Virus record (IMG/VR): IMGVR_UViG_2603880214_000004
Coordinates: 8,873-72,872 of that record
Direction: 5' to 3' (one strand)
From: a virus
Lineage: Duplodnaviria; Caudoviricetes
DNA: 64,000 nt
In this document: positions 18,531-28,609 of the stretch, piece by piece
Layout: each line of letters starts with the position of its first letter
How positions within the stretch are numbered: position 1 is the stretch's first letter
Notes under the pieces: model-generated
Seen by the model: the letters and a program-made list of their open reading frames with translations, nothing else
Databases searched by the model: none
What the model was told of the DNA's origin: nothing
Translations under genes and position numbers: made by a program

Positions 18531-18902
18531 AATATAATCACTCCTAAAGTAGTATTCATGTAATAGGGTATGCGCTCACTGAATATAGATGTGCACAATC
18601 TAGGCCTATAAACATAATAATTAACGAACAGAAAATATGGTTACTGATCTTATGATGTGTCAATTATGGGTGTTTTATTTTACCATGTAGATGGAACAAA
18701 CATGTGTATAGCAATTATTGTAGGCGCTGCTGTGATCTGGGTGGCGTCTTGTTTGTTGTTAAGGAAAGATAAGGGGTGAGGGGACTTGCAATTTGAAATA
18801 TTATTAGTCTAAAAAACAAAACATAGACTAGTAAACAAGCTGTTTTCACCGTTTATTCATAGAATATGATGAATTCTATTTTTAGAGGAGGGAATCATAT
18901 CT

Positions 18903-19115
18903 ATGGGATGGGATAATAATTTTGGGCATTCTCGAGATTGTAATAGATTTTGGGATGATTTAGTATTTTGCGGATGCGGTCGTAGACGTAGAAGAAACGA
19001 TTTTAACGACTGTCATTGTAGACGTGACTGCGATTGTGATGAGTGTCGTCGCAGACGTAATCATGACCGCGATCGTGACCATAATCATGATCATGGTGAT
19101 CATCGAGATTGGTAA
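18903..19115 (+). CDS. Arg/Asp/Cys/His-rich small protein, probable spore coat/exosporium type
   Basis: CGCGRRRRR...CHCRRDCDCDEC; SD GAGGAGG; CATAGAATA -10-like box; downstream terminator. Confidence 0.7.
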   Translation: MGWDNNFGHSRDCNRFWDDLVFCGCGRRRRRNDFNDCHCRRDCDCDECRRRRNHDRDRDHNHDHGDHRDW

Positions 19116-19262
19116 AATCTTTTGAAAGAGTGCATATTTTAATTGCACTCTTTTTTATTATGTTTTTATGAGTACTTATTAATTCGAAGAATACAGTTTC
19201 AATTTGATTTAACATTTAACAAAACAAACGAACACAACGAACGAAAATAGAGGAGGAAAATC

Positions 19263-19469
19263 ATGAACTCTAATGTTACGTTTTCGATGCAAATGAATGG
19301 TGAAAGTAAGGATGCAACTGCTTATGTTAGTGGTATCGCAAATATTGCTGTTTTTCTGCTAGCTAACACAGATAGACGTATAGTTGATAAGTTGTTAACT
19401 CAAGTTGGCGAAGAAGAGAAGATGTTCATTAAAGCTACTTTATCAGGATTAAAACATCATTCTCAATAA
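19263..19469 (+). CDS. Hypothetical protein
   Basis: Strong SD GAGGAGG. Confidence 0.65.
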   Translation: MNSNVTFSMQMNGESKDATAYVSGIANIAVFLLANTDRRIVDKLLTQVGEEEKMFIKATLSGLKHHSQ

Positions 19470-19473
19470 GTAT

Positions 19474-19592
19474 AATGTCTCAAAAACATTTGATTATGAG
19501 ACGTCGTTGGACTTAACTAATTATCAATGATTGTTATGTATCAAAAATATGTATCGAAAACAATTGAATTCGAGACATGAAATTGATACAAT
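19474..19592. promoter_or_regulatory. Putative res site of the serine recombinase
   Basis: Inverted repeats atgtctcaa...tgagacgt and tgtatcaa/tgtatcgaa...ttcgagaca/ttgataca directly upstream of the resolvase gene. Confidence 0.6.
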
Positions 19593-19622
19593 TAACCTAT
19601 CAAACATAGAGGGTGATGGGGA

Positions 19623-20216
19623 ATGATATTTGGTTATGCGAGGGTATCAACAAAGAAGCAAAGTTTAGATATGCAGTTGGATGAGTTGAAGCGATATGGT
19701 TGCGAGGAAATCATAACTGAAAAAGAAAGTGGCGCGAAGAAGGATAGGAAAGAACTTCAACTTCTTCTTGGTAAACTTCGCAAGGATGATACATTAGTTG
19801 TTTATAAACTGGATCGCTTAGGGAGGACAATGCATCAACTTGTTAATTTACTTCAAGAATTTAATGAAAAGAGTATTCACTTTGTTTCTATTAAAGACGG
19901 AATTGATACATCTACAACAATGGGAAGATTCCTATTTCATATATTTGGTGCTATGGCAGAAATGGAACGCGAAGTAATTAATGAGCGTGTTATTAGCGGT
20001 GTAGCTGCTGCTAAAGCAAGAGGAAGAGAAGGTGGAAGAAAGAAAGCTCATACTCCTCAACAAATACAAGGCATGATGGAAATGCTTGCTTCTGGTAAAA
20101 CAAAAGTTGAAGTGTGTGAGATGTTCGATGTAGCTCGTGCAACCCTTTATAGGTATATAAAAGAACATGATTCTAAACAATCAGTTTTAAATGCTGAGGA
20201 GGGTAAAAATGAATAG
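19623..20216 (+). CDS. Small serine recombinase (resolvase/invertase)
   Basis: GYARVST, LVVYKLDRLGR, C-terminal HTH (VARATLYRY). Confidence 0.95.
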   Translation: MIFGYARVSTKKQSLDMQLDELKRYGCEEIITEKESGAKKDRKELQLLLGKLRKDDTLVVYKLDRLGRTMHQLVNLLQEFNEKSIHFVSIKDGIDTSTTMGRFLFHIFGAMAEMEREVINERVISGVAAAKARGREGGRKKAHTPQQIQGMMEMLASGKTKVEVCEMFDVARATLYRYIKEHDSKQSVLNAEEGKNE

Positions 20217-20634
20217 TAGAGTGGAATTCGAACAGAATCGCACGTATTACTTGAAGATGTTACCTAAAGAGTGTGCAAATTGTGGAGAAACAAATGATTT
20301 AGATATACACCATATAGTTCCATTAGCGAAAGGTGGCACGAATCGAATTAGTAATTTGGTTATGTTATGCCTTGAGTGTCACGGGAAAATACATGGCGTT
20401 AATAGGGTTAAGCATAAGGAATTGCAAAGACTGGGAATTGAAAAGGCAAAAGAACGCGGTGTATATAAAGGAAAACCGAAGAAATACACTGAGACAAATG
20501 AAAGTATGAAACAAGCTTTGGATTTATTTAAAGGTCGTAAGAATAATGGTTATACCGTAAAGAGGATATGTACCGAAACAGGTGTTAGTCGTACTGTTTT
20601 GTATGAAATAGCAAAAGAAAAAGGAATAGTTTAA
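20209..20634 (+). CDS. HNH endonuclease fused to a resolvase-type arm and HTH
   Basis: CANC...HHIVP..GG.N...NL..LCLECH..IH, then GIEKAKERGVYKGKPK...TGVSRTVLY. Confidence 0.8.
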   Translation: MNSRVEFEQNRTYYLKMLPKECANCGETNDLDIHHIVPLAKGGTNRISNLVMLCLECHGKIHGVNRVKHKELQRLGIEKAKERGVYKGKPKKYTETNESMKQALDLFKGRKNNGYTVKRICTETGVSRTVLYEIAKEKGIV

Positions 20635-20780
20635 TTTACTTTAAAGTAGCGAATCCGCTACTTTTTTATTTTATAAAAAAGAACCTGCAAACCTGCAGAT
20701 TCTCCTGATAATGATTTATGAAGTAAGACCCGAAAATATAATACAATGATTCGAAAATTAGTTCAAGAGTGTTTGGTGAT

Positions 20781-21011
20781 TTAAGCCGCTCTATAATCTT
20801 TGTTTTTAAGCTTCTTTCTAATATCCATAAATCCGATAATCATTATTGCCATGCATATTAACTTGAGCCAACGAAATTCCTGGTGGTACATTAGCCCAGA
20901 GAAGAATTCATAGGCATATAACAAACCGACGATTGGAAATAGCCAAGTCATAAATTTCAAATCTTTTAGATGAAACTTATAATTATTAATCTTTTTCCAC
21001 ATATGTATCAA
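20781..21011 (-). CDS. Small two-TM protein
   Basis: YAYEFFSG motif shared with its neighbour. Confidence 0.7.
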   Translation of the reverse strand: MIHMWKKINNYKFHLKDLKFMTWLFPIVGLLYAYEFFSGLMYHQEFRWLKLICMAIMIIGFMDIRKKLKNKDYRAA

Positions 21012-21020
21012 CTCCTATTG

Positions 21021-21227
21021 TTATGAGGTTCTGTAGTTTTTCTTTTTGAAATCTCGCATGTTGAGGATAAAGAATAGAAGGAAGATAACAGCTCCGATGC
21101 CATTAATCCAGTAGTATGTGCGCCCTGTTGTGAATCCGTTATAGAATTCATAGGCATTCCAAATTACAAGAAGTACTGAGCAGACAGTAGAGACCATTAA
21201 TGAGCCAAAACTTCTCATGATTTTCAC
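21021..21227 (-). CDS. Small two-TM protein (paralogue of 20781-21011)
   Basis: NAYEFYNG...KKNYRTS. Confidence 0.7.
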   Translation of the reverse strand: MKIMRSFGSLMVSTVCSVLLVIWNAYEFYNGFTTGRTYYWINGIGAVIFLLFFILNMRDFKKKNYRTS

Positions 21228-21444
21228 CTCGATTCAAAATGTTAGAACTTCTTTATAATTTTACATTTAAATAAATAGATTTACAAGGAGAGGGAATAAT
21301 AAAAAGAACCCGCTGGAGTTCGGGTCCTTTCAGAAGTGATGATGTATTCTCGGCTTGGGAACTGAGAAAAACACAAAAATATAATACATCGAGTTTTAGG
21401 GAATTTCAAGAATAAATTAGAGTGATTTTGGAGGATGATGAATA

Positions 21445-21657
21445 ATGAAACTAACTAAACAAGAACAAGCGATTGCAATTGGTACATTCATTTCGATGTT
21501 GGGACAGGACTTTGTAAATGAGCGCATCGATAAACAGAAATTAGAAAGTGCAATTCCAATCTTTAATGAGTTAGAAGATAACACAACACCAAAGCAAAAG
21601 AGAGAAGCAATGGTTAGTTTGCTCGATAAAACAATGGAAGAATTCCTAAAAGCTTAA
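21445..21657 (+). CDS. Hypothetical phage protein upstream of terminase
   Basis: SD GGAGG; ORF track. Confidence 0.75.
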   Translation: MKLTKQEQAIAIGTFISMLGQDFVNERIDKQKLESAIPIFNELEDNTTPKQKREAMVSLLDKTMEEFLKA

Positions 21658-21689
21658 AAAACTAATAGAGCCTATGTGAGGTGGTGGTT

Positions 21690-22604
21690 ATGGCTAGACA
21701 ACGTAGCCCGGACAGAGATAAAGCATTTGAAATATATAAAGTAAGTAAAGGTGAGAAGCCATTAATTGATATTGCTGCTGAGTTAAACCTTAAGCCTTCG
21801 CAAATCAGAAAGTGGAAATCACAAGACAAATGGGATGAACAAATGAATGGTAACGTTACTATTGCGAAAAGGAGCGTTACTAATGTTAAAAATCCCAAAA
21901 CGAAAGAAAAACTGAAAGAGATTTTAGAAGATGAAGAGTTGACCGAAAAGGAAAGGCTCTTTTGTTTGTATTATGTGAAATACTTCAATGGTACACAAGC
22001 TGCACTGAAGGCTGGATACTCCAAAGACGGCGCTCATGTACAGGCTAGTCGATTGCTAAGACGTGAACGAGTTTCTTCCTATATAAAAGAGCTTAAAGGT
22101 GAGTTAATCGAGAATGTATTTGTGGAAGCGATGGATGTGCTTAAAGAGTACATTAAGATTGCTTTTGCTGATATTACTAACTATGTAACCTTTGGACAGA
22201 AGGAAGTACCTGTAATGGGGATGTTTGGCCCGATGAAAGATGAATCCGGTAAAGAAATAACTCGTATCATAAATTATGTAGATTTACACGAGGCTGACAT
22301 GGTTGATGGTTCTATAATAACCGAAGTAAAACTCGGAAAAGATGGCGTGTCAGTAAAACTTGCTGACAAGATGAAAGCACTGGACAAACTATCACAGTAC
22401 TTTGACTTAGTACCTGACAATTTCAAACGTAAAATCGAAGAAGAACGCCACAAAATGCAGATGGAAGTGCAGAAAGCTCAAATTGATAAAATTAAAGCAG
22501 ATACTTCTCGTATTAAAGGTGATGAAGGTGAAGAGTATGAAGATGACGGATTCATCGATGCGTTAGAAGGTAAAACAGCAGAGGTGTGGGAAGATGAAAC
22601 TTAA
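21690..22604 (+). CDS. terS: Terminase small subunit
   Basis: N-terminal HTH (IRKWKSQDKW), FCLYY..FNGTQAALKAGYS, KLADKMKAL. Confidence 0.92.
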   Translation: MARQRSPDRDKAFEIYKVSKGEKPLIDIAAELNLKPSQIRKWKSQDKWDEQMNGNVTIAKRSVTNVKNPKTKEKLKEILEDEELTEKERLFCLYYVKYFNGTQAALKAGYSKDGAHVQASRLLRRERVSSYIKELKGELIENVFVEAMDVLKEYIKIAFADITNYVTFGQKEVPVMGMFGPMKDESGKEITRIINYVDLHEADMVDGSIITEVKLGKDGVSVKLADKMKALDKLSQYFDLVPDNFKRKIEEERHKMQMEVQKAQIDKIKADTSRIKGDEGEEYEDDGFIDALEGKTAEVWEDET

Positions 22605-23868
22605 ACCTGCCCCTTTTAAATTTAGACCATTCTCAAAGAAACAATTACAAGTACTCACTTGGTGGAGAAAAGATTCACCTGTGAAGGACCATGACGGCAT
22701 TATATGCGATGGTTCTATTCGTGCTGGCAAAACTGTTTCGATGGCTCTTTCTTATGTTATGTGGGGAACTGAAACATTCAATGGTGAAAACCTAGGTATG
22801 GCAGGTAAAACAATTGGATCACTGCGACGCAACGTAATTACTCCATTAAAGAAGATGTTAAAATCACGTAAATATAAAGTGAAAGACCATCTATCAGAGA
22901 ACATGCTTACCATTAGTAAAGATGGCCATACGAATCATTTCTATATATTTGGTGGTAAGGACGAATCATCACAAGAACTTATCCAAGGTATTACATTAGC
23001 GGGTATGTTTTTTGATGAAGTTGCTCTTATGCCACAAAGCTTTGTGAACCAAGCGACAGGACGTTGTTCTATTGAAGGCTCAAAGTATTGGTTTAACTGT
23101 AACCCTGCCGGCCCGTATCATTGGTTCAAACTTGAATGGATAGATAATAAGGAAGACAAGAACCTGCTACATATTCATTTTACAATGGACGATAATCTTT
23201 CTTTATCTGAAAAAGTGAAGCAAAGATACTATCGTATGTATAGTGGAGTCTTCTTTCAACGCTTCATTTTAGGTTTATGGGTGCTTGCAGAAGGTATTGT
23301 ATATGACATGTTTAACAAAGAAAAGCATGTTGTAAAAACAGTAGAAAGAGAATACGAGAAGTATTATGTATCTTGTGACTATGGTACACAGAACCCTATG
23401 ACATATGGACTATGGGGATTGTGTAAAGGTATATGGTACAAAACAAAAGAGTACCATTATGATGGTCGTAAAAATTCACGGCAAAAGACAGATGATGAGT
23501 ATCTTGACGACCTAAAAGAATTTATCGGAGATATTTCTATTCGTGGAATTATAGTTGACCCATCAGCAGCTTCATTTATTGCTTTATTGAAAAAGAATCG
23601 ATTCAAAGTGCTTAAAGCTAAGAATGAAGTTATAGATGGCATAAGAAATGTAGCGCGACTTCTTAATGAAGAGAAGATAAAATACAACGACTGCTGTAAA
23701 GAAACATTCCGTGAATACGCTTCTTATACTTGGGATGAAAAAGCTACAGCTCGTGGTGAAGATAAACCAAATAAAGAGAATGACCACCAAATGGATGGTG
23801 ATCGTTACTTTGTAAATACAGTTGTTGTAACTAATAACAAAGCTAAGGCTGTTAAGTCAATCTATTAA
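22594..23868 (+). CDS. terL: Terminase large subunit (PBSX/SPP1 type)
   Basis: GSIRAGKT, FFDEV, CNP, DYG, DPSA, DHQMDG.RY. Confidence 0.95.
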   Translation: MKLKPAPFKFRPFSKKQLQVLTWWRKDSPVKDHDGIICDGSIRAGKTVSMALSYVMWGTETFNGENLGMAGKTIGSLRRNVITPLKKMLKSRKYKVKDHLSENMLTISKDGHTNHFYIFGGKDESSQELIQGITLAGMFFDEVALMPQSFVNQATGRCSIEGSKYWFNCNPAGPYHWFKLEWIDNKEDKNLLHIHFTMDDNLSLSEKVKQRYYRMYSGVFFQRFILGLWVLAEGIVYDMFNKEKHVVKTVEREYEKYYVSCDYGTQNPMTYGLWGLCKGIWYKTKEYHYDGRKNSRQKTDDEYLDDLKEFIGDISIRGIIVDPSAASFIALLKKNRFKVLKAKNEVIDGIRNVARLLNEEKIKYNDCCKETFREYASYTWDEKATARGEDKPNKENDHQMDGDRYFVNTVVVTNNKAKAVKSIY

Positions 23869-23880
23869 GGAGGTGAGACG

Positions 23881-25305
23881 ATGTTTGAACACTATATTCC
23901 ATTGCTGGATGAACAAAATGGCGAGCCTACATCAAAGTTACTAAAAAAAATTATTGATGAGTTTGAACCATTAAAACAACGCATGATTAACAGGTACGAG
24001 CGATACAAAGCAAGTGAAAAGGGTGTGCCTATCTTTACTCGCGAGTTTAAAGGTGATGGTAATAAAGATAAGGTTAACAATAAGCTAAACAATGACTTCT
24101 TTTCTGAAATTATCGATACAAAAATCGGTTATATGTTTGGGTTGCCTATCTCATACAGCTTAGATCATGAAGATGATGAAGTATTGAAACGTATTCAGGA
24201 CTTTTTAAAAGCGAATCATACTGAGGATGCTGACGCAGAAACAGGGAAGTTCGCTTCTATTTGTGGATACGGAGCGAGACTACTGTATCACGATAAAGAA
24301 GGCATCGAAAAGGTTATGAATATCAAACCTTATGAAGCTATATTTCTTACGAATTCAAGCATTGCAGAACCTAAATACGCTATACGCTGCTATCCAATCA
24401 AAGTAATTGATGGTGATGATTTCAAGGATGGTTACAAAGTAGAGTTTTACAATGAAACAAACATTATTGAGTACACTGGTGAAGATTTAGATAAGTTAAC
24501 AGAGACTGACCGTATTCCAAACTTATTTAAAGGTGTGCCACTTATTGGGTTTCCTAATAATGAAGAATTACAAGGAGATGTAGATAAAGCTATATCACTT
24601 ATTGAAGGTTACGACCGTTCGTTTTCCGATGTAAACAGTGAAATTGAACAGTTTCGTCTGGCTTATATGATCTTTAAAGGCATTGATATAGATGATGATA
24701 CTATCGAGAAGCTAAAACAAACAGGAGCTCTTGATGTAGGTGAGAATGGTGAGGCTTCTTTTTTAACTAAGGACCTTAATGACAACATCTTAGAACACCA
24801 TCTCGACAGATTAGAAAAGAATATATGCCGTTTCACAAAGCATGTGAACCTTTCTGATGAATCATTTGGTGGTAACCTTACTGGTGTTGCTATTCGTTAC
24901 AAGTTATTAGCTTTAGAAACTAAATCAGGAACATTAGAAATGAAGTTTACTAAGTCATTGCGACAACAATTTAAGTTATTGTTTGACGCTTGGAACTTAC
25001 GCTCAAATAAAGGAGAACTAGACTACCTTTGTATGACGTTTCAATTTACGCGAAACCTTCCAGCCAACTTAGCTGATGAAGCTGATGTGCAGTCTAAACT
25101 ACAAGGTTTAGTAAGCGAAGAAACACGATTATCTATGTTATCTGTTGTTTCTGATCCGAAAGCGGAGATACAGAAGATGCAGGAAGAAGAGGCGGATTCC
25201 ATGAATCTCGACAAGGTAGGTGAGCCTAGTGGAATGGGACAAGAAGCAGAAACATCTCCAAAAGATAGAGGACGAACTGGAAAAGGCGATTCTCTACCTG
25301 TATAA
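23881..25305 (+). CDS. Portal protein (SPP1 gp6 family)
   Basis: NNKLNNDF, PLIGFPNN, GNLTGVAIRYK, FTRNLPAN. Confidence 0.93.
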   Translation: MFEHYIPLLDEQNGEPTSKLLKKIIDEFEPLKQRMINRYERYKASEKGVPIFTREFKGDGNKDKVNNKLNNDFFSEIIDTKIGYMFGLPISYSLDHEDDEVLKRIQDFLKANHTEDADAETGKFASICGYGARLLYHDKEGIEKVMNIKPYEAIFLTNSSIAEPKYAIRCYPIKVIDGDDFKDGYKVEFYNETNIIEYTGEDLDKLTETDRIPNLFKGVPLIGFPNNEELQGDVDKAISLIEGYDRSFSDVNSEIEQFRLAYMIFKGIDIDDDTIEKLKQTGALDVGENGEASFLTKDLNDNILEHHLDRLEKNICRFTKHVNLSDESFGGNLTGVAIRYKLLALETKSGTLEMKFTKSLRQQFKLLFDAWNLRSNKGELDYLCMTFQFTRNLPANLADEADVQSKLQGLVSEETRLSMLSVVSDPKAEIQKMQEEEADSMNLDKVGEPSGMGQEAETSPKDRGRTGKGDSLPV

Positions 25306-26146
25306 AGATGCTTTAGAAGAAGTCAGAGGAATACTGGCTTTTTATTATGCCAAATATGCCGTAAATGAGCAGTTGAGTATGCAGGAAATGCGCCGATTCA
25401 ATCGATATAAGAGCATGCAAAGTGAACTGCAACACGTTATTAATGAAATAACATATGAGAAAAAGAAAACTCTCAATGAAACGCTCTCCAATCAGTATGG
25501 AGAGTCTTTTTATTATACGAGTTATCTCATCGAGAAAGAAGTCGGCGTGGCTCTTTCGTATGGTCTTCTTGACCCGAACGTCATTAAACGAGCGGTACAA
25601 ATGCCAATCGATAAAATGACACTCAATCAAAGGTTAAGTACACATCGAGTACAGATAGTTAACCGAATACGCAGAGAGTTATCTATCGGTCTTAGAAAAG
25701 GCGAAGGATATGCAACAATGGCAAATCGGATTAAGCCAATACTTGATGGTGATGCGAAGAAAGCCCAAATGGTCGCTTGGACAGAAAGTGCTAGGGTGCA
25801 AAACTTAGGTACTTATGACAGTGCTTCTCACGCTTTTGATGAAGGTGTATCAATGAAGAAGATTTGGATTTCTACATTAGATAAACGTACGCGTCCTACT
25901 CACCAAGCAGCAGATCATCAAAAAGTACCGTTTAAAGGATTATTTAAAGTCGGTGGTTATAGTTGCGAATATCCACATGATAGTAATTTACCTGCTAAAG
26001 AAGTTGTACGATGCCGCTGTACTTTCATTACTGAGGTAGCGGATGTTAGCTCATTCATTGAGAGAAGGGCCAGAAACCCAACTACAGGTAAGAATGAGGT
26101 GATTAGCGCAGTTAGTTACGAGGAATGGAAAGACTCTCTTGAATAA
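25220..26146 (+). CDS. Minor head protein (SPP1 gp7/MuF family)
   Basis: TE.ARV, W...LDKRTRPTH, CRC. Confidence 0.9.
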   Translation: MSLVEWDKKQKHLQKIEDELEKAILYLYKDALEEVRGILAFYYAKYAVNEQLSMQEMRRFNRYKSMQSELQHVINEITYEKKKTLNETLSNQYGESFYYTSYLIEKEVGVALSYGLLDPNVIKRAVQMPIDKMTLNQRLSTHRVQIVNRIRRELSIGLRKGEGYATMANRIKPILDGDAKKAQMVAWTESARVQNLGTYDSASHAFDEGVSMKKIWISTLDKRTRPTHQAADHQKVPFKGLFKVGGYSCEYPHDSNLPAKEVVRCRCTFITEVADVSSFIERRARNPTTGKNEVISAVSYEEWKDSLE

Positions 26147-26218
26147 TAAAACACACGAGGGCTTATAAAATACGAACTAAATAGGGTGTATTCATAGGAA
26201 CTCAGAGGAGGAATAATA

Positions 26219-26950
26219 ATGAAACAATTACAAAAGCAAGCGGAAGTACAGTTTTTAAAAGAAAGAGAACTAACAAAGTTACCGTTTCGTTTATCAAATC
26301 TGCAATTCTTTTCTGATCCTGCAATACCTGCAGATGAGACACTACAGAATGAACAAACATCACCTGCGGATGATATAAAAGATTCACTAGTTGAAGAGCA
26401 AAAAGAACCGCCAGTTGGTGAACAAAAAGAACCGAAATTAGATGATGCAACAAAAACATTTATTGAGAAGATGGTACAATCAGCGGAAGATAGAGTGCGC
26501 TCTAAATATTCGAAAGAACTGAATGCAACAAAAAAGGAATTAGAGAACTATAAAACCGCTTCTATGACTGCACAAGAGAAAGCTGAATATGAGATGAAAC
26601 AACTTCAGGAACAACTAGAAGAGCGAGAAAGGGTACTTCATCAGAAAGAAATGCAGAGTGTTGCATCAGATGGTTTATCAGCGGTTGGATTGGATCTTAA
26701 ATTTGTAGATTTTGTTATTGGTTCAGATGTAGAAGATACAAAAGTTAGGGTGTCAAAGTTTAATGATTTATTCTCTACTGCATTAGAAGTAAAAGTGGCT
26801 GAAAAGTTTAAAGCTGCTGGCCGAGAAATCCATGTTAGTGGCGGAACTGGAGGGGGATTTACGAGAGAACAAGTAAATTCAATGAGTCAAGCTGAAATTA
26901 ATGCGAACTGGCCACAAATTCAGAAGGATATGCGCAATTGGGGTAAGTAG
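26219..26950 (+). CDS. Capsid scaffolding protein (DUF4355-like)
   Basis: NLQFF motif, coiled coil, position before the capsid gene. Confidence 0.85.
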   Translation: MKQLQKQAEVQFLKERELTKLPFRLSNLQFFSDPAIPADETLQNEQTSPADDIKDSLVEEQKEPPVGEQKEPKLDDATKTFIEKMVQSAEDRVRSKYSKELNATKKELENYKTASMTAQEKAEYEMKQLQEQLEERERVLHQKEMQSVASDGLSAVGLDLKFVDFVIGSDVEDTKVRVSKFNDLFSTALEVKVAEKFKAAGREIHVSGGTGGGFTREQVNSMSQAEINANWPQIQKDMRNWGK

Positions 26951-27067
26951 CACTAGGAAAGTTAAGTGATTTGAATGGTACAGTCAAAAAAATATAAAAC
27001 GAACAAAAGAGATTGCTAGTTTAGTAATCTCTTTTGTTATGGAAAAACATTAAGGAGGAATTAATAT

Positions 27068-27913
27068 ATGTCAGTATCAACTTTTATTCCAACAATTTGG
27101 GAAGCGCGCTTGATGGCGAACTTTCACAAGCGTTCTATTGCGGATTTAATTACAACAACGCCAACGAAAATCGAAGGTAATAAGATTATCTTTAATCGTG
27201 TAGGCGCAGTAAATGTAAAAGATTATAATGGTACAATCGAATGGGATGATACCAACCCTTCTAAAGTAGAAATTAATATGGATCAACAAAAGTATTTTGC
27301 TTTCAAAGTTGATGATGTAGATGCAGTTCAGGCTGCTGGAGATTTAATCGACCCACATACACAAGAGGCAGGAGCGGTACTTCAGGAAACCGTTGATACA
27401 TTCGTATTAGGGCTTTATAAAGGCGCTCATAAAACTCATACAATTGGGAGTGACTCTAGTCCAATTGAGTTATCACCTAAAAATGCATATGATTACATTG
27501 TAGACTTAAATACGATTTTAAATATTAAAAAGGTTCCTAAAACTGAACGATTCACAATCATCAATTCTCAGGTTTTAGGTTTATTATCTAAAGATGATCG
27601 CTTTACTAAGCAACCTGTTGTTTTAGAAAATGGTATTGTTGAAGGACAGATTATTAATGGATCACAAATCGTTGTATCAGAAGAAATTCACGGTACTGGT
27701 GGTAAGTATAAAATTTTAGGTCTTCATAAGTCTGCCATTGGATACGGGACACAGTTAACTGAAACAGAGGCACAACGTCTGCAAAATTCCTTTGCAGATG
27801 GTATTCGTGGTCTTATGGTTTATGGTGGAGATATCCTTCGTCAAGAGTCAATAGCGGTACTTACAGCTACAGTTACATCAATTACTCCGGAAAAACCAGG
27901 TGGAGGGGCTTAA
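27068..27913 (+). CDS. Major capsid protein
   Basis: FIPTIW, DQQKYFAFKVDDVD, FADGIRGLMVYG. Confidence 0.88.
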   Translation: MSVSTFIPTIWEARLMANFHKRSIADLITTTPTKIEGNKIIFNRVGAVNVKDYNGTIEWDDTNPSKVEINMDQQKYFAFKVDDVDAVQAAGDLIDPHTQEAGAVLQETVDTFVLGLYKGAHKTHTIGSDSSPIELSPKNAYDYIVDLNTILNIKKVPKTERFTIINSQVLGLLSKDDRFTKQPVVLENGIVEGQIINGSQIVVSEEIHGTGGKYKILGLHKSAIGYGTQLTETEAQRLQNSFADGIRGLMVYGGDILRQESIAVLTATVTSITPEKPGGGA

Positions 27914-27956
27914 TAAGCCTTCTCCATTTTTTTCTTTTACGTAAGTAGGTGATTAG

Positions 27957-28268
27957 ATGGAAGATATGAAAGCAGAAATTTTAAAACGTGTAAAACTGCA
28001 AGTACCTAATATAAGTGATGAAAATTTATTAATAAGCATTGAAGATACAATGTTAATGGTTGCTGAGTACACCAATAGAACTATTCCTGAATTCCCTACT
28101 GCTTATATTGGTATCATCGCTAAAATGGTGGTTCATCAGTATATGGAGCAAGAGAGAGAAGGAAAGAAAAGTGAATCGTTAGGTAACTATTCTGTTACTT
28201 ATGATGATGTGGTAGATTATCCAGCAAGCGTCACGAAGGGGCTGAAAGTGAGGTTACGTGTTCGATGA
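27957..28268 (+). CDS. Head-tail connector (adaptor)
   Basis: EGKKSESLGNYSVTY; synteny. Confidence 0.8.
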   Translation: MEDMKAEILKRVKLQVPNISDENLLISIEDTMLMVAEYTNRTIPEFPTAYIGIIAKMVVHQYMEQEREGKKSESLGNYSVTYDDVVDYPASVTKGLKVRLRVR

Positions 28269-28609
28269 TTCAGTCAATGATACGCAAGTTTGGAAAAGAT
28301 GCTACAGTACTTCGCAACGCTGGTTCTGATGATGGACCATATCCAACAGAAGAATGGAAAGAAATCAATACTGTTAAAGGTGTATTGGATGCTATCCAAG
28401 GGACAAAGGATGCTCGCAATAAGAAAGTAGAAGAGAAAAGCACACATTTCTTTTACTGCATGCTTTTCGACGTAACTATTCAAGATAGATTAGTTATCGA
28501 TAAGAAGGTATACAGCGTTACTTATCCGGGCGACCCAATGAATGCGGGTAGATTCTTTCAAATAGAATTGGAGATGTTGCCATATGAGCGTGAAATTCCA
28601 ATCCAATAG
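28265..28609 (+). CDS. Head closure protein
   Basis: Size, synteny, DPMN motif. Confidence 0.7.
   Translation: MIQSMIRKFGKDATVLRNAGSDDGPYPTEEWKEINTVKGVLDAIQGTKDARNKKVEEKSTHFFYCMLFDVTIQDRLVIDKKVYSVTYPGDPMNAGRFFQIELEMLPYEREIPIQ

Noticed and set aside
19623-20216. Serine recombinase as the phage integrase
   Set aside because: Only 197 aa with a resolvase HTH; it lacks the recombinase and Zn-ribbon domains of serine integrases.
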